Below are positions 9,386-18,994 of a stretch of 64,000 bases of DNA, piece after piece. The notes beneath the pieces are model-generated. The model made no database searches, was not told the DNA's origin, and was given only the letters and a program-made list of their open reading frames with translations. Position numbers and translations under genes: made by a program. Position 1 is the first letter of the stretch; every line of letters starts with the position of its first letter. Location of the stretch: contig CAWJCS010000005.1 of NCBI GenBank assembly GCA_963841435.1, positions 384,001 to 448,000 of the forward strand, in the 5' to 3' direction. The DNA is from an uncultured delta proteobacterium. GTDB taxonomy: Bacteria; Myxococcota_A; Polyangia; Polyangiales; Polyangiaceae.

Positions 9386-10056
9386 CGAGAAGCGCTCGCG
9401 GGGGCTCCGCGGAGCCCGGCATGCGGAGCGGCGCTCGGACGGCCCGCGGCGAGCCGAGCCTCGGCGTAGCGCAGCTTGAGCTCCCGATCCTTGTTGATCG
9501 GGTCGTGGGCGTGATCGAACGGTACCCGCCGATCGATACCGCAGAAGTTCAGCATCTCGAACATCTGTAAAAGGTGTCGGATGCGAACCTCGGCGTCGCT
9601 CGCCGGCGGAGCCGTCGAAAACTTCTGGCTGAAGAGCAGCTCGAAGAGCTCGGCTTCCCCGGCGACTTTCGACTGATGGAGCGCTTCGTTGAGCGCGCGC
9701 TTGAGCTCCTCGTCCGGCTTGTCGCGCAGCGCGATGATCGCGTGCTCGTCGAGCGGGAAGAGCGCGTCCGTCTGCTTGAAGTAGTGCAGCTCGAAGGCGT
9801 ACGCGTGGGCGTGAATGCAATAACTGCAACCGTTGAGGAGTGAGGCTTCCACGCACAGAAGGTGGGTGCGCAGGGGGCCCCACCGCTTCATGGTGTCCTC
9901 GTAGCTCGGCAAGTTCCGAGCGAACCACTTGATGGCGCCTCCGGCCCCCAGGTGATCGACGATCTCTTCGATCAAGAAGGGTGGGTCACCCCACAACACA
10001 CGCGTCACCGCGCGCAGCACCGTGGTGGCTGCGCGGTTGGAGAGTGCGCGGCTCAC
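9349..10056 (-). CDS. AhpD/carboxymuconolactone decarboxylase-like protein (CxxC)
   Basis: EASLLNGCSYCIHAH matches the AhpD core S..NGC.YC...H; coupled to the upstream kinase-like gene (GTGA overlap). Confidence 0.65.
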   Translation of the reverse strand: MSRALSNRAATTVLRAVTRVLWGDPPFLIEEIVDHLGAGGAIKWFARNLPSYEDTMKRWGPLRTHLLCVEASLLNGCSYCIHAHAYAFELHYFKQTDALFPLDEHAIIALRDKPDEELKRALNEALHQSKVAGEAELFELLFSQKFSTAPPASDAEVRIRHLLQMFEMLNFCGIDRRVPFDHAHDPINKDRELKLRYAEARLAAGRPSAAPHAGLRGAPASASRQPGTSSSKETA

Positions 10057-11135
10057 GTCCCCGCCTCACCCAACCACGAGCTCATCGAGTCCGCCGAGGC
10101 GAACGTCTTCCAGGGCAACCCCGCAACGCGACGGCCAATGAGCACGCTCGCACCGCGCGCCTCCGGCGTTCCCGAAACGAAGCCAACGCACCTGAGGCGG
10201 TCGCGGTAGCGGGTGTGCAGCGCCGCGATCGCCTCGATCGCAGTCGAATGACTGCTGCTCTGCGGGTCGAGCAGGTAGCCGATCGCATGCGACCCCGGTG
10301 CGTCGAGCGCGCGCGCCACCTGCTCGATGCACGTCCCGACGGATTCCGGCGTCCACTTGCCGGACACGCGAACGTTGATGGCATGAAGCGACCCGTCCAC
10401 TTCGATCGAGAAGGGGGCGCGATTCGTGCGATCCTTCGGGCCCGTGCCTGCTTCGAGCACGACGAGTAGCTCGTCGAGCGCCCAGAAGCGCTCCCTGGGA
10501 AACGGCGACAAGGCGCGGCGAAGCGCGCTGTCGAGCTCCGCGTGCACGCTGATGGTCTCCGTGGGCGCCGGTGAATGCCCGAGCAGCAGCCAGGCGACGA
10601 GCGCCGCCAGGGAGTACTGATCGACGTGCGGCTCGAGCCGGTGCAGGGAGGCTTGCTCGGGAGCGGCGAAAGGCCCCTGGGTGGGTTTGGGCAGGAGCGC
10701 GAAGTCGACGACGATGGGCTCGTCGGAGGGGCCGAACAGCACGTTTTCCGGCTTGAGCGCACCGTGCGAGAGCCCCCGGCAGTGGGCGACCTCGAGCGCG
10801 CGGCCGATCCTCGCCCCCACGCTGAGCTTGTCGGCGAGTGTCAAGCCCTGGGCCAACGTGGCGAGCGAGCTACCCAGCAGGTACTCGCGCGCGGTGTAAA
10901 GCGTGCGGCCGTTCTTGCCGCGATCGATCAGGGTGACGACGTTCGGGTGCGAGATCGCCGAAAGGGCGGTCGCACGCGACGTGAACACGACGACCTCGTC
11001 ACCCCGGCTGTTTGCAGGTAGCTCGTGAAGCTTGAGGACGACGTCGCCCGCCACGCCCTTGGCGAGGAAGCTCGAGCCCTGCCCCTGAGACAGCGCCCGC
11101 AGCACGTCGTAGCCGACGATTGCCGGAGGCAGCAC
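10053..11135 (-). CDS. Ser/Thr kinase-fold protein lacking the catalytic Asp (pseudokinase) with C-terminal STAS/SpoIIAA-like domain
   Basis: VVLK, HPNVV, HGALKPENV (HRD replaced by HGA), DFA, APEQ, DQYSLA; C-terminal alpha/beta domain ending WKTFASADSMSSWL. Confidence 0.8.
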   Translation of the reverse strand: MLPPAIVGYDVLRALSQGQGSSFLAKGVAGDVVLKLHELPANSRGDEVVVFTSRATALSAISHPNVVTLIDRGKNGRTLYTAREYLLGSSLATLAQGLTLADKLSVGARIGRALEVAHCRGLSHGALKPENVLFGPSDEPIVVDFALLPKPTQGPFAAPEQASLHRLEPHVDQYSLAALVAWLLLGHSPAPTETISVHAELDSALRRALSPFPRERFWALDELLVVLEAGTGPKDRTNRAPFSIEVDGSLHAINVRVSGKWTPESVGTCIEQVARALDAPGSHAIGYLLDPQSSSHSTAIEAIAALHTRYRDRLRCVGFVSGTPEARGASVLIGRRVAGLPWKTFASADSMSSWLGEAGT

Positions 11136-11291
11136 GACTCACCATGTTACCCGAAGTCCGCTTCGGCACGCAATCGTCGGCGGCGACGGCCTGGGACAGG
11201 GCCATCGCGGGGCTTTCGAGGCTCCGCGGCGCCGGACCCCGCCGAGCACCGTGTCGTTCCGGGGCACCCCGCACGGGGGGCCCACACACGC

Positions 11292-12848
11292 TCACGAGTG
11301 CCCCTCTTCGACGTCCGCGAGCGCCCGATCCACCTCGCGCGCGAGATCCTCCAGCGCCTCGCTGCTGATCGTCCCCTCGCGATGCGCTCGCAAGAGCTCC
11401 GCCTTTTGAGCCACGAGCAGGTGACGCCGGGCCGCCTCCCGCTCCTCGCGTAAAAGAGCGGTGCTTTCCAGCTGAAGCTCCGTCACGGCGGAGCGCGCTG
11501 CGGAGAGCTCCGGTTCGAGCTCTGCCTGCACTTCGTCGAGCACGGCCTCGCTCGCGACCCCACTGCCGCGCATGCGCTGGATCTCGGCGAGCGAGGCGGT
11601 GAGCGCCAACAGCCGGCCACGACGGCGTTCGTATTCGTGGCGGTCGTGCTGGACGCCCGCGAGGCCGAGCCGGCGGAGCAACGGAGGCATGGTCATGCCC
11701 TGCAGGAGGATGCTGATGAGCACGACGCCGAAAGTGGTCGTCACGAGCACCTGACGGTGCACGAACGTCGCCGGCAGGCTCAACGCAAGCACCATCGAGA
11801 GGCTGCCGCGCAGGCCGCCCCAGGTGAGCACGGCGGCCCAGCTCAGCTTGAGCCGCTCGCGCGAGCGCGAGAGGGCGAGCGTGACGATGCCGATCACGGC
11901 GGCGCGCGCGAGGAGCGCGACGAGCCAGGCCGTGACGATGGCCGGAGCCGACGCGAGCAGCGTGCCGAGGTCCACCTCCAGCCCCACGAGCAAGAAGACG
12001 ATGGAGTTCAGCGCAAACGACACGTACTCCCAGAACGACTCGACCGCGATGCGGGTGGAGGGGCTCATGCCCGTGCGCGCGCCGTAGTTGCCGCACAGCA
12101 TGCCGGCGATGACGGTCGCAATCACACCCGAAACCTGGAAGTGCTCCGCGACGGCGAACGAGCCGTACGCCGCGATCGTCGTGACCGTGATCTCGATCAT
12201 CGCGTCGTCGACCTGCTGGATGACCTTCGACGCGGCGTAGCCGATGAGCGCGCCAATCGCGCCACCGAGCCCCACGACCACGAAGAAGCGCACGATGGCG
12301 GCCGGCACGCCGAGCGCTCCCGAGAGCGCGAAGGAAAGCGCGAGGCCGAACACCACGACCGCGGTGCCGTCGTTGAGCAGGCTCTCGCCCTCGACGAGCA
12401 CGGCGAGGCGTTTCGGCGCGCCGAGCGACTTGAAGAGGGCCACGACGGCAATCGGGTCGGTCGCCGCGATGAGCGCGCCGAACAGGAGGCCGTCGGTGAG
12501 CGTGAAGCCCTCGACGAAGTGCAGGCCGTCGAGCACGGGCGTGAGCAGCACCGCGGTGAGCGCGATCGACACGACGAGGCCCGGCACGGCGAGCGAGTGA
12601 ATCGCGACCTTGTTCGCCCAGAACTTGCCGAACTCGAGGTGAAACGCGGCCTCGAACAGGAGTCCGGGCAGGAACAGCCCGTAGAGCAGCTCCTTGGTGA
12701 GGTGCAGCGGCGCGAGCGCGTCCGTTCCGCCGAGCAAGAGGCCCGCGATGACGAGCGCCACCGTGTAGGGGATCTCGAGGCGCCGCACCAGGAGCGCGAC
12801 TCCGGTGGCGACCGCAAAGAGCCCCACGAACGCGAACTCGAGCGACAT
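11292..12848 (-). CDS. Na+/H+ antiporter, CPA1 (NhaP/NhaG-like)
   Basis: FLPGLLFEAA, ATDPIAV, EGESLLNDG, WGGLRGSLS motifs; about 12 TM segments. Confidence 0.95.
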   Translation of the reverse strand: MSLEFAFVGLFAVATGVALLVRRLEIPYTVALVIAGLLLGGTDALAPLHLTKELLYGLFLPGLLFEAAFHLEFGKFWANKVAIHSLAVPGLVVSIALTAVLLTPVLDGLHFVEGFTLTDGLLFGALIAATDPIAVVALFKSLGAPKRLAVLVEGESLLNDGTAVVVFGLALSFALSGALGVPAAIVRFFVVVGLGGAIGALIGYAASKVIQQVDDAMIEITVTTIAAYGSFAVAEHFQVSGVIATVIAGMLCGNYGARTGMSPSTRIAVESFWEYVSFALNSIVFLLVGLEVDLGTLLASAPAIVTAWLVALLARAAVIGIVTLALSRSRERLKLSWAAVLTWGGLRGSLSMVLALSLPATFVHRQVLVTTTFGVVLISILLQGMTMPPLLRRLGLAGVQHDRHEYERRRGRLLALTASLAEIQRMRGSGVASEAVLDEVQAELEPELSAARSAVTELQLESTALLREEREAARRHLLVAQKAELLRAHREGTISSEALEDLAREVDRALADVEEGHS

Positions 12849-12949
12849 GACGCGCCGAGTCTGAACGAAGAGCACCGGTTCGAAAACGCCAAAGTTGGCG
12901 GTGGCTGTGCTATCGATGGGAAGGTCGAGGAGCGCGCATCGAGCAGAGC

Positions 12950-14767
12950 ATGGGCCTCAGAATCGAGGATTACGGGCTGATCGGCGATTGCGAGGGTGCT
13001 GGGCTCGTGGGCAGCGACGGCTCGATCGACTGGCTCTGCGTGCCGCGTTTCGATTCGAGCGCCTGCTTCGCGAAGCTTCTCGGCGACGAGAACAATGGGC
13101 GTTGGCTCGTGGCGCCGCGCGGGCCCGTGCTTGCGACGCGCCGGCGCTACATCGACGAGACGCTCGTGCTCGAAACGGAGTTCGAGACCGCGACGGGCGT
13201 GGCAGCCGTGATCGACTGCATGCCGCGCGGATCGGAGGCCGTCGATATCGTGCGAATCGTCGAGGGGCGTCGCGGCACGGTGCCGATGCACGTCGAGCTC
13301 GTGATCCGCTTCGACTACGGCAGCATCGTCCCGTGGGTCACGCGCGAAGGCCAAGATCTCACCGCCATCGCCGGGCCCGACATGCTGCACCTCAGGACGC
13401 CCGTCGATCTCCATGGCCAGGGCCTCGGCACGGTGGGGGCGTTCGAGGTGAAGGCGGGCGAGCGCGTACCGTTCGTGATGACGTTCCACCCGTCGCACCT
13501 GCCGCGCCCCGCGCCGGTCGACGCAGAGTTCGCCGTGAAGGACACGCTCGAGCGCTGGCGAGAGTGGTCGGCGCGCTCCACGTACCAGGGCGAATTTCGC
13601 GAAGCCGTGCAGCGCTCGCTCATCACGTTGAAGGCGCTCACCTACGCGCCCACGGGCGGCATCGTCGCGGCCCCGACGACGTCACTTCCGGAGCGGATCG
13701 GCGGCGTCAGAAACTGGGACTACCGCTTTTGCTGGGTACGCGACGCCGCGATCACGCTCTACGCGCTGCTCGCGTCGGGCTACCGCGAGGAGGCGCGCGC
13801 CTGGCGCGAGTGGCTGGTGAGAGCCGTGGCGGGTAGCCCTTCGCAGATCCACACGCTCTACGGCATCGCCGGCGAACGGCGCACCAACGAGATCGAGCTC
13901 GACTGGCTCGCCGGCTACGAGGGCTCGCGCCCCGTGCGGGTCGGCAACGCGGCCCACAGCCAGCTGCAGCTCGACGTGTTCGGCGAGCTTTCGGACGCGA
14001 TGCACCAGTGCCGCTCCGTGGGCCTCGAGGCACACGAAAGCTGGCACGTCGAGCGCGCGCTCGTGGAGTTCCTCGAATCGGCCTATTCACAACCCGACGA
14101 GGGCATCTGGGAGGTCCGTGGCCCGCGGCGTCACTTCACGCATTCCAAGGTGATGGCCTGGGTCGCGTTCGATCGCGCGGTCAAGGCCGTGGAGTGGTTC
14201 GGTCAAGACGGGCCGCTCGAGCGCTGGACCAAGGCGAGGAGCGCGCTCCACGCCGAGATCTGCGAGCGTGGCTACGATGCGAGCATCGGCGCGTTCACGC
14301 AGTGTTATGGCTCAGGCGAGCTCGATGCGAGCCTGCTCTTGATTCCCCTCGTGGGCTTCTTGCCGGCCAGCGACGGGCGCGTGAAGGGGACGCTTGCTGC
14401 CATCGAACGCCGTCTCTTGCGCGAGGGCTTCGTCTATCGCTACCAGACGAACGAAGGCACGGTCAACGGGCTGCCCGAGGGCGAAGGGGCTTTTCTGGCC
14501 TGCAGCTTCTGGTACGTCGACAACCTCGTGTTGCAGGGAAGAATGGCCGAGGCGCGCCACATGTTCCAGCGTCTGCTCGACATCCGCAACGACCTCGGGC
14601 TCCTCGCCGAGGAGTACGACCCTGTCCTCGGGCGCCAGACCGGCAACTTTCCGCAAGCGTTCTCGCACCTGGCGCTCATCAACAGCGCGCACGCGCTGTC
14701 GAACCCCGCCGAGAGCCCGGTGGATCATCGCTCGCTCACACCACCGCCCGCGTCCGCGAAATACTGA
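12950..14767 (+). CDS. Glycoside hydrolase family 15 (trehalase/glucoamylase-like)
   Basis: IEDYGLIGD, AAPTTSLPE..GG.RNWDYRFCWVRD, QLDVFGE, GIWEVRG, LGLLAEE, GNFPQAFSH. Confidence 0.96.
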   Translation: MGLRIEDYGLIGDCEGAGLVGSDGSIDWLCVPRFDSSACFAKLLGDENNGRWLVAPRGPVLATRRRYIDETLVLETEFETATGVAAVIDCMPRGSEAVDIVRIVEGRRGTVPMHVELVIRFDYGSIVPWVTREGQDLTAIAGPDMLHLRTPVDLHGQGLGTVGAFEVKAGERVPFVMTFHPSHLPRPAPVDAEFAVKDTLERWREWSARSTYQGEFREAVQRSLITLKALTYAPTGGIVAAPTTSLPERIGGVRNWDYRFCWVRDAAITLYALLASGYREEARAWREWLVRAVAGSPSQIHTLYGIAGERRTNEIELDWLAGYEGSRPVRVGNAAHSQLQLDVFGELSDAMHQCRSVGLEAHESWHVERALVEFLESAYSQPDEGIWEVRGPRRHFTHSKVMAWVAFDRAVKAVEWFGQDGPLERWTKARSALHAEICERGYDASIGAFTQCYGSGELDASLLLIPLVGFLPASDGRVKGTLAAIERRLLREGFVYRYQTNEGTVNGLPEGEGAFLACSFWYVDNLVLQGRMAEARHMFQRLLDIRNDLGLLAEEYDPVLGRQTGNFPQAFSHLALINSAHALSNPAESPVDHRSLTPPPASAKY

Positions 14768-14818
14768 CGCTCGGCGGAGGGCGAGCGGCTCGCGTCCGCA
14801 CGACCGAGCGCGGGCGGG

Positions 14819-16060
14819 TCAGCGCCCCACGTCGACGGTCGCGTCGACGGAGAGCCCGGCGAAAAGGTGCACGTCCTTCGGCAGGTTGACCCAGGCGATG
14901 CGCACCGGAACGCGTTGCACGACCTTGACGAAGTTGCCCGAGGCGTTGTCGGCGGGAAACAGCGAGAAGCTCGCGCCCGTGCCGCCCGAAAGGCTCTCCA
15001 CGCGCCCTTCGAACTCGCGATGCGGGTAGGCGTCGAGCTCGAGGGTCGCGTGCTGGCCGGGATGCATCGCGCCGATCTGCGTCTCCTTGAAGTTCGCGAC
15101 GACGAAGGTCTCCTCGGGCACGAGCTCGACGAGCGGCTGGGCCACGTTGACGAGCTGCCCCTCCTGCACCGCGAGCTTCGAAGCGGTACCGTCGGCCGGC
15201 GCCGTGACCTTCGTGTAAGAAAGCTGCAGGCGCGCGATGTCGAGGGCCGCCTCGGCGATCTTCACGCGCGCGTGGGCGAGGTCGGCGCTCGCCTGCGCCG
15301 CGGCGATCTGCGCGTCGATGGGCGCGCTCTGGGTCACGCGCCCCGCCGCCTCGGAAACGTGCGCGAAGGCGGCGCGCTTCGCTTCTTCGGCCGCGGTGAC
15401 CTCGGCACGCGCCTGCGCGAGCGCCGCTTGAGCGGAATCGGAGGCGACCTGCGCGTCGTCGAGCTCCTTCTCCGCGACGGCGTTGACGGCGCGAAGCTCG
15501 TGCGCTCGCCTGAGGTCGGAGTCCGCCTTGCGCCCGTCGGCTTCGGCGCGCACCAGCCGCGCCTTGGCGGCGAGCAGCTGCGCGTTGGCCGACGCCACGC
15601 CCACCGAGGAGCCGGAATAGGCGGCTTTCGCGCTCGACAGATTGCCCGTGGAGGTGGCCGTGACGATCGAAACCTGCGCGTCCCCCTGCGCGGCCTGCGC
15701 TTGTGCGCTCTCGACCTCCGCCTCGGCGCCCCTCACGCGCGCGACGAGCTCGGCATCGTCGATGACGGCGATGATGTCACCCTTTTTGACGTGCTGGTTT
15801 TCCTTGATCGAAAGCTTTTGGATCCGGCCGGCCACGCGCGCCGCAATGGGCACGAGATCGGCGGACACCTGCGCGTCGTCGGTGCTCACCTGACCCGCCG
15901 TGAGCAGGAGATAGCCCCCGATCGCCAGCAACGTCACGAGCAGCACGCCGCCGAGCACGACGAAGGGGCGTCTTCCCGTGGGCCGGGGCGCTGGAGGAGG
16001 AGGAGGCCCTTCCTTGGGGCTCGGTTCGACGACGGCAACGGGTCGCTGTTCGGCTTGCAT
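14819..16060 (-). CDS. emrA: EmrA-like HlyD-family membrane fusion protein
   Basis: STDDAQV, long coiled coil, ANFKETQI, NASGNFVKVVQRVPVRI. Confidence 0.92.
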   Translation of the reverse strand: MQAEQRPVAVVEPSPKEGPPPPPAPRPTGRRPFVVLGGVLLVTLLAIGGYLLLTAGQVSTDDAQVSADLVPIAARVAGRIQKLSIKENQHVKKGDIIAVIDDAELVARVRGAEAEVESAQAQAAQGDAQVSIVTATSTGNLSSAKAAYSGSSVGVASANAQLLAAKARLVRAEADGRKADSDLRRAHELRAVNAVAEKELDDAQVASDSAQAALAQARAEVTAAEEAKRAAFAHVSEAAGRVTQSAPIDAQIAAAQASADLAHARVKIAEAALDIARLQLSYTKVTAPADGTASKLAVQEGQLVNVAQPLVELVPEETFVVANFKETQIGAMHPGQHATLELDAYPHREFEGRVESLSGGTGASFSLFPADNASGNFVKVVQRVPVRIAWVNLPKDVHLFAGLSVDATVDVGR

Positions 16061-16063
16061 GAT

Positions 16064-17662
16064 TCAGATCTCCGCGTGCGCCTGCACGGGCTTCGGAGCC
16101 TCGTGGTCGGGCGACTTCAAAAAGACGAGCACGGGCAGCACCAGCATGAAGAGCACGCCCGAAAGCAAGAACAGGCGATCGAAGGTGATGACGGTGGCCT
16201 GCCGGCCGATCGCCCCCACGAGCGCGCCGCGCGCGGCGGCGTCGGCGGCGACGGGGTCGAGACCGTGTGCCTCGAACGCCTGGCGCATGGCCCCGAGCCG
16301 CTGATAGAGCGCTGGGTTGCCCGGCGAGAGGTGCGACCCGATGGCGGTCGCGGCGTGCTTCGAGAAGCGCGGGATGAGCGACGCGAACACGGCGAGGCCG
16401 AGCGACCCACCGATCTGGCGAAAGAGCGAGTTCAGGCCCGTGGCGTCGGCCAGGCGGTGACGCGGGATGCGGCTGAGCGCCACCGTGGTCAGTGGGATGA
16501 AGAGACAGGCGAAGGCGACGCCCTGGATGGCAAGCACCGCCACCACGTCACTCGACGTCGTGTCGAGCGTGTAGTGGCTCATCATCCACGCGCTCAGCGT
16601 GAAGAGCAGCACGCCGAAGGCGACCGTGGCCCGCGGCGAGACGCGATTGTAGATGCGACCGACGATCGGCATCATCACCATCATCACGAGGGAACGGGGC
16701 ATGAGCGCGAGACCCGCCTCGACGGCGGTAAATCCAAGCAACTCCTGCATGAACACGGGCAAAAGAAACGTCAGCGACAAGAGCATCGCGAACATCACGG
16801 AGCCGATCAGCGTTCCCGAGGTGAACACCGGATCCTCGAACAGGCGAATGTTCACGGCCGGGACCTCGGCGGTGAGCTCGCGAATCACGAAGGCCACGAG
16901 CACGCAGGCCGAGGTGAGCGTCAAAAAGACGATGAGGCGCGATTCGAACCAATCGTTGCGGTTGCCCTCCTCGAGCACGTACTGCAGCGTGGCGACGCCG
17001 ACCGACAAGAGCGCGATGCCCTGCCAGTCGAGGTGCCGGCGCTGGCGCTCCGCCATGGCCAGGTTGGCGACGCGGATGTCCTCGGGCTCGTGCACGAAGC
17101 GGCTCACCATGAACAGGGCAAGCGCCCCCACGGGCAGGTTGATGTAGAAGATCCACTCCCACGCGAAGTTGTCGACGATGTAGCCGCCGAGCGTGGGACC
17201 GAAGGCAGGGCCGATCACGACCGTGACACCGTAGAGCGCCATCGCCATGCCCTGCTCCTTGGGCGGGAACGTCTGGCGCAGGATGGCTTGCTCGGTGGGT
17301 TGGAGGGCGCCAGCACCGAACCCCTGCACGAGCCGGAACGCGACGAGCGCCTGCAAGCTATGGGCGAGGCCGCAGAGGCCCGAGCCGACGATGAACAGCA
17401 TGAGCGCGGCCATGTACACGCGCTTCTGCCCGAAGAAGCGCCCGAAGAACGCCGTGAGCGGCATGACGACGACGTTGGCGATCACGAACCCGGTCGTGAC
17501 CCACGTGATCTCCTGCACCGTGGCGCCCATGGCGCCGCGAAGGTGCGGCGTCGCCACGTTGACGATCGAGGCGTCGATCGTGCCCATCAACGTGCCGAAC
17601 GTCACCGAGATCGCGACCAGCCACTTGTTGACGGGCGGGCGGTCCGCTGCGGCTTGGGTCAT
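16064..17662 (-). CDS. emrB: DHA2-family MFS efflux permease (EmrB/QacA)
   Basis: MGTIDASIVNVA, FRLVQGFGAG, GPAFGPTLGGYI, WEWIFYINLPVG, LEEGNRNDWF. Confidence 0.93.
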   Translation of the reverse strand: MTQAAADRPPVNKWLVAISVTFGTLMGTIDASIVNVATPHLRGAMGATVQEITWVTTGFVIANVVVMPLTAFFGRFFGQKRVYMAALMLFIVGSGLCGLAHSLQALVAFRLVQGFGAGALQPTEQAILRQTFPPKEQGMAMALYGVTVVIGPAFGPTLGGYIVDNFAWEWIFYINLPVGALALFMVSRFVHEPEDIRVANLAMAERQRRHLDWQGIALLSVGVATLQYVLEEGNRNDWFESRLIVFLTLTSACVLVAFVIRELTAEVPAVNIRLFEDPVFTSGTLIGSVMFAMLLSLTFLLPVFMQELLGFTAVEAGLALMPRSLVMMVMMPIVGRIYNRVSPRATVAFGVLLFTLSAWMMSHYTLDTTSSDVVAVLAIQGVAFACLFIPLTTVALSRIPRHRLADATGLNSLFRQIGGSLGLAVFASLIPRFSKHAATAIGSHLSPGNPALYQRLGAMRQAFEAHGLDPVAADAAARGALVGAIGRQATVITFDRLFLLSGVLFMLVLPVLVFLKSPDHEAPKPVQAHAEI

Positions 17663-18273
17663 GTGCCGCGCCCCGCCCCCTCAAGGAACAGCGAAACGAG
17701 CGACCGCGCCTCGGCTTGAGGAAGCAGCGCCCGCCCGTCACGGTGGAGCAGACCCTTGGCGGCCCCCAGCAAGCAGAACGAAAACGTGCCGTCGAGGTCC
17801 CTGCGCAGCGATCGCTTTCGGTGGCCGCGCCTGAGCACGCCGTCGAGGCGTTCGAGCAGCGCTTGCGACATCTCGGCCCGCCCCTCGTCAACGCGCACCT
17901 CCCGCTCGAACACCAGACGGAAGAAGGGCCGATGCTCGTCGACGTGTGAAAACAGCGTCGTGAAAAATCCGATGAGCTGCTCCTCGAGGCTCGCCATACG
18001 CGACGACTCGAGGTTCTCGTCCAGCTTTTCGAGAAGCTCGCTGCGGCGCTCCTGGACGAGCGCGGCGACGAGTGCGTCGCGGTCCTTGAAGCGGTTGTAA
18101 AGCGTGCCGACCGCCACACCCGCGCGCTCGGCGATGGCGGCCATGGTGGCGCGCTCGACACCCGCCTCCGAGAGCACCGCCTCCGCGGCGGCGAGGATCT
18201 CGCGCACGCTCGCTTCGCGCAGGCGTTCGAGCAACCGCTGACGACCGGGTCCAACTCCTGAACCACGATTCAT
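17659..18273 (-). CDS. TetR/AcrR-family regulator of the emrBA-like operon
   Basis: ILAAAEAVL...TMAAIAERAGVAVGTLYNRFKDRDAL; ATGA overlap with emrB. A TGAA-N6-TTCA palindrome at 18259-18272 overlaps the presumed start. Confidence 0.92.
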   Translation of the reverse strand: MNRGSGVGPGRQRLLERLREASVREILAAAEAVLSEAGVERATMAAIAERAGVAVGTLYNRFKDRDALVAALVQERRSELLEKLDENLESSRMASLEEQLIGFFTTLFSHVDEHRPFFRLVFEREVRVDEGRAEMSQALLERLDGVLRRGHRKRSLRRDLDGTFSFCLLGAAKGLLHRDGRALLPQAEARSLVSLFLEGAGRGT

Positions 18274-18398
18274 GAACTGAACGTTGCTTATCATCGGCGG
18301 CCGCGGCGTCAAGCCGGAAGACCGCGTGCCCGTCAGCCGGTCGGGCGGGGGGTTTCATTTGCAGCTTCCCGCGCGCCGAAACCTCGCCGATACACCGA

Positions 18399-18433
18399 CC
18401 GTGCGCGTGTAACCGCACGGGACCAACAACGTA
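18399..18433 (+). promoter_or_regulatory. Inverted repeat CCGTGCG-N8-CGCACGG overlapping an ECF-type promoter-like motif GTAACC-N15-CGTA
   Basis: Arms at 18399-18405 and 18414-18420; GTAACC at 18409-18414 and CGTA at 18430-18433, about 55 bp upstream of the Cys-rich peptide gene. Confidence 0.35.
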
Positions 18434-18487
18434 CCGCGGTAGACCCGGCCCTACGCGACGGGTCTCAATCGAAAGGATCCGAAAGCG

Positions 18488-18808
18488 ATGCAATCTCTTA
18501 AACGATCGATCGTGGGCGCTGCGCGCGCGGGGCTGATGCTGGGGGTGCTCGCTGGCTGCAGCACCGAGAAACCTGCGGAGTCTCCCGAGGCTCCGGCAGC
18601 CGAAGCCCCCGCCGCGGAGGCTGATGCACCGGCGGCAACCACCGAGGAAGCCGCTGCCGCCCCCGAAGGCGCAGCGGAAGCCAAGGAGTGCTGCAAGGCA
18701 AAGAACGAGTGCAAGGGCAAGGGCGGATGCCGTGCCGGTCAGCACTCCTGCGAGGGCAAGAACGAGTGCAAGGGCCAGGGCGGCTGCAACGCCCACTGCC
18801 CGAAGTAG
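18488..18808 (+). CDS. Small Cys-rich lipoprotein, BufA2/bufferin-like (MNIO-substrate-type) metal-binding peptide
   Basis: SD AAGGA, lipobox LAGC, Ala/Glu/Pro linker, then CCKAKNECKGKGGC-RAGQHS-CEGKNECKGQGGC-NAHCPK (duplicated CxxKNECKGxGGC). Confidence 0.75.
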   Translation: MQSLKRSIVGAARAGLMLGVLAGCSTEKPAESPEAPAAEAPAAEADAPAATTEEAAAAPEGAAEAKECCKAKNECKGKGGCRAGQHSCEGKNECKGQGGCNAHCPK

Positions 18809-18994
18809 TACCGCGAGCGGCCGGCGCTCGACGCCGTCTGTGCGGAACGTCACCTCAACGTCCCGAGCGCCGGCTAGCTCCATTGCCACGGGCACGAAGC
18901 CCTCGACTCCCGCGCTCGGACGTTTCTTCCCATTGAACCGGGGTGGGTTTTCCCGCATGCTCCGGAGGCTTGGGGCAGCCTAACGCGGAGTCTG

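Noticed and set aside
14867-17719. 950-aa plus-strand ORF (and similar long ORFs such as 53739-55421, 44814-46397, 229-1536)
   Set aside because: Antisense shadows of well-supported genes, expected at this GC content; no recognisable motifs.
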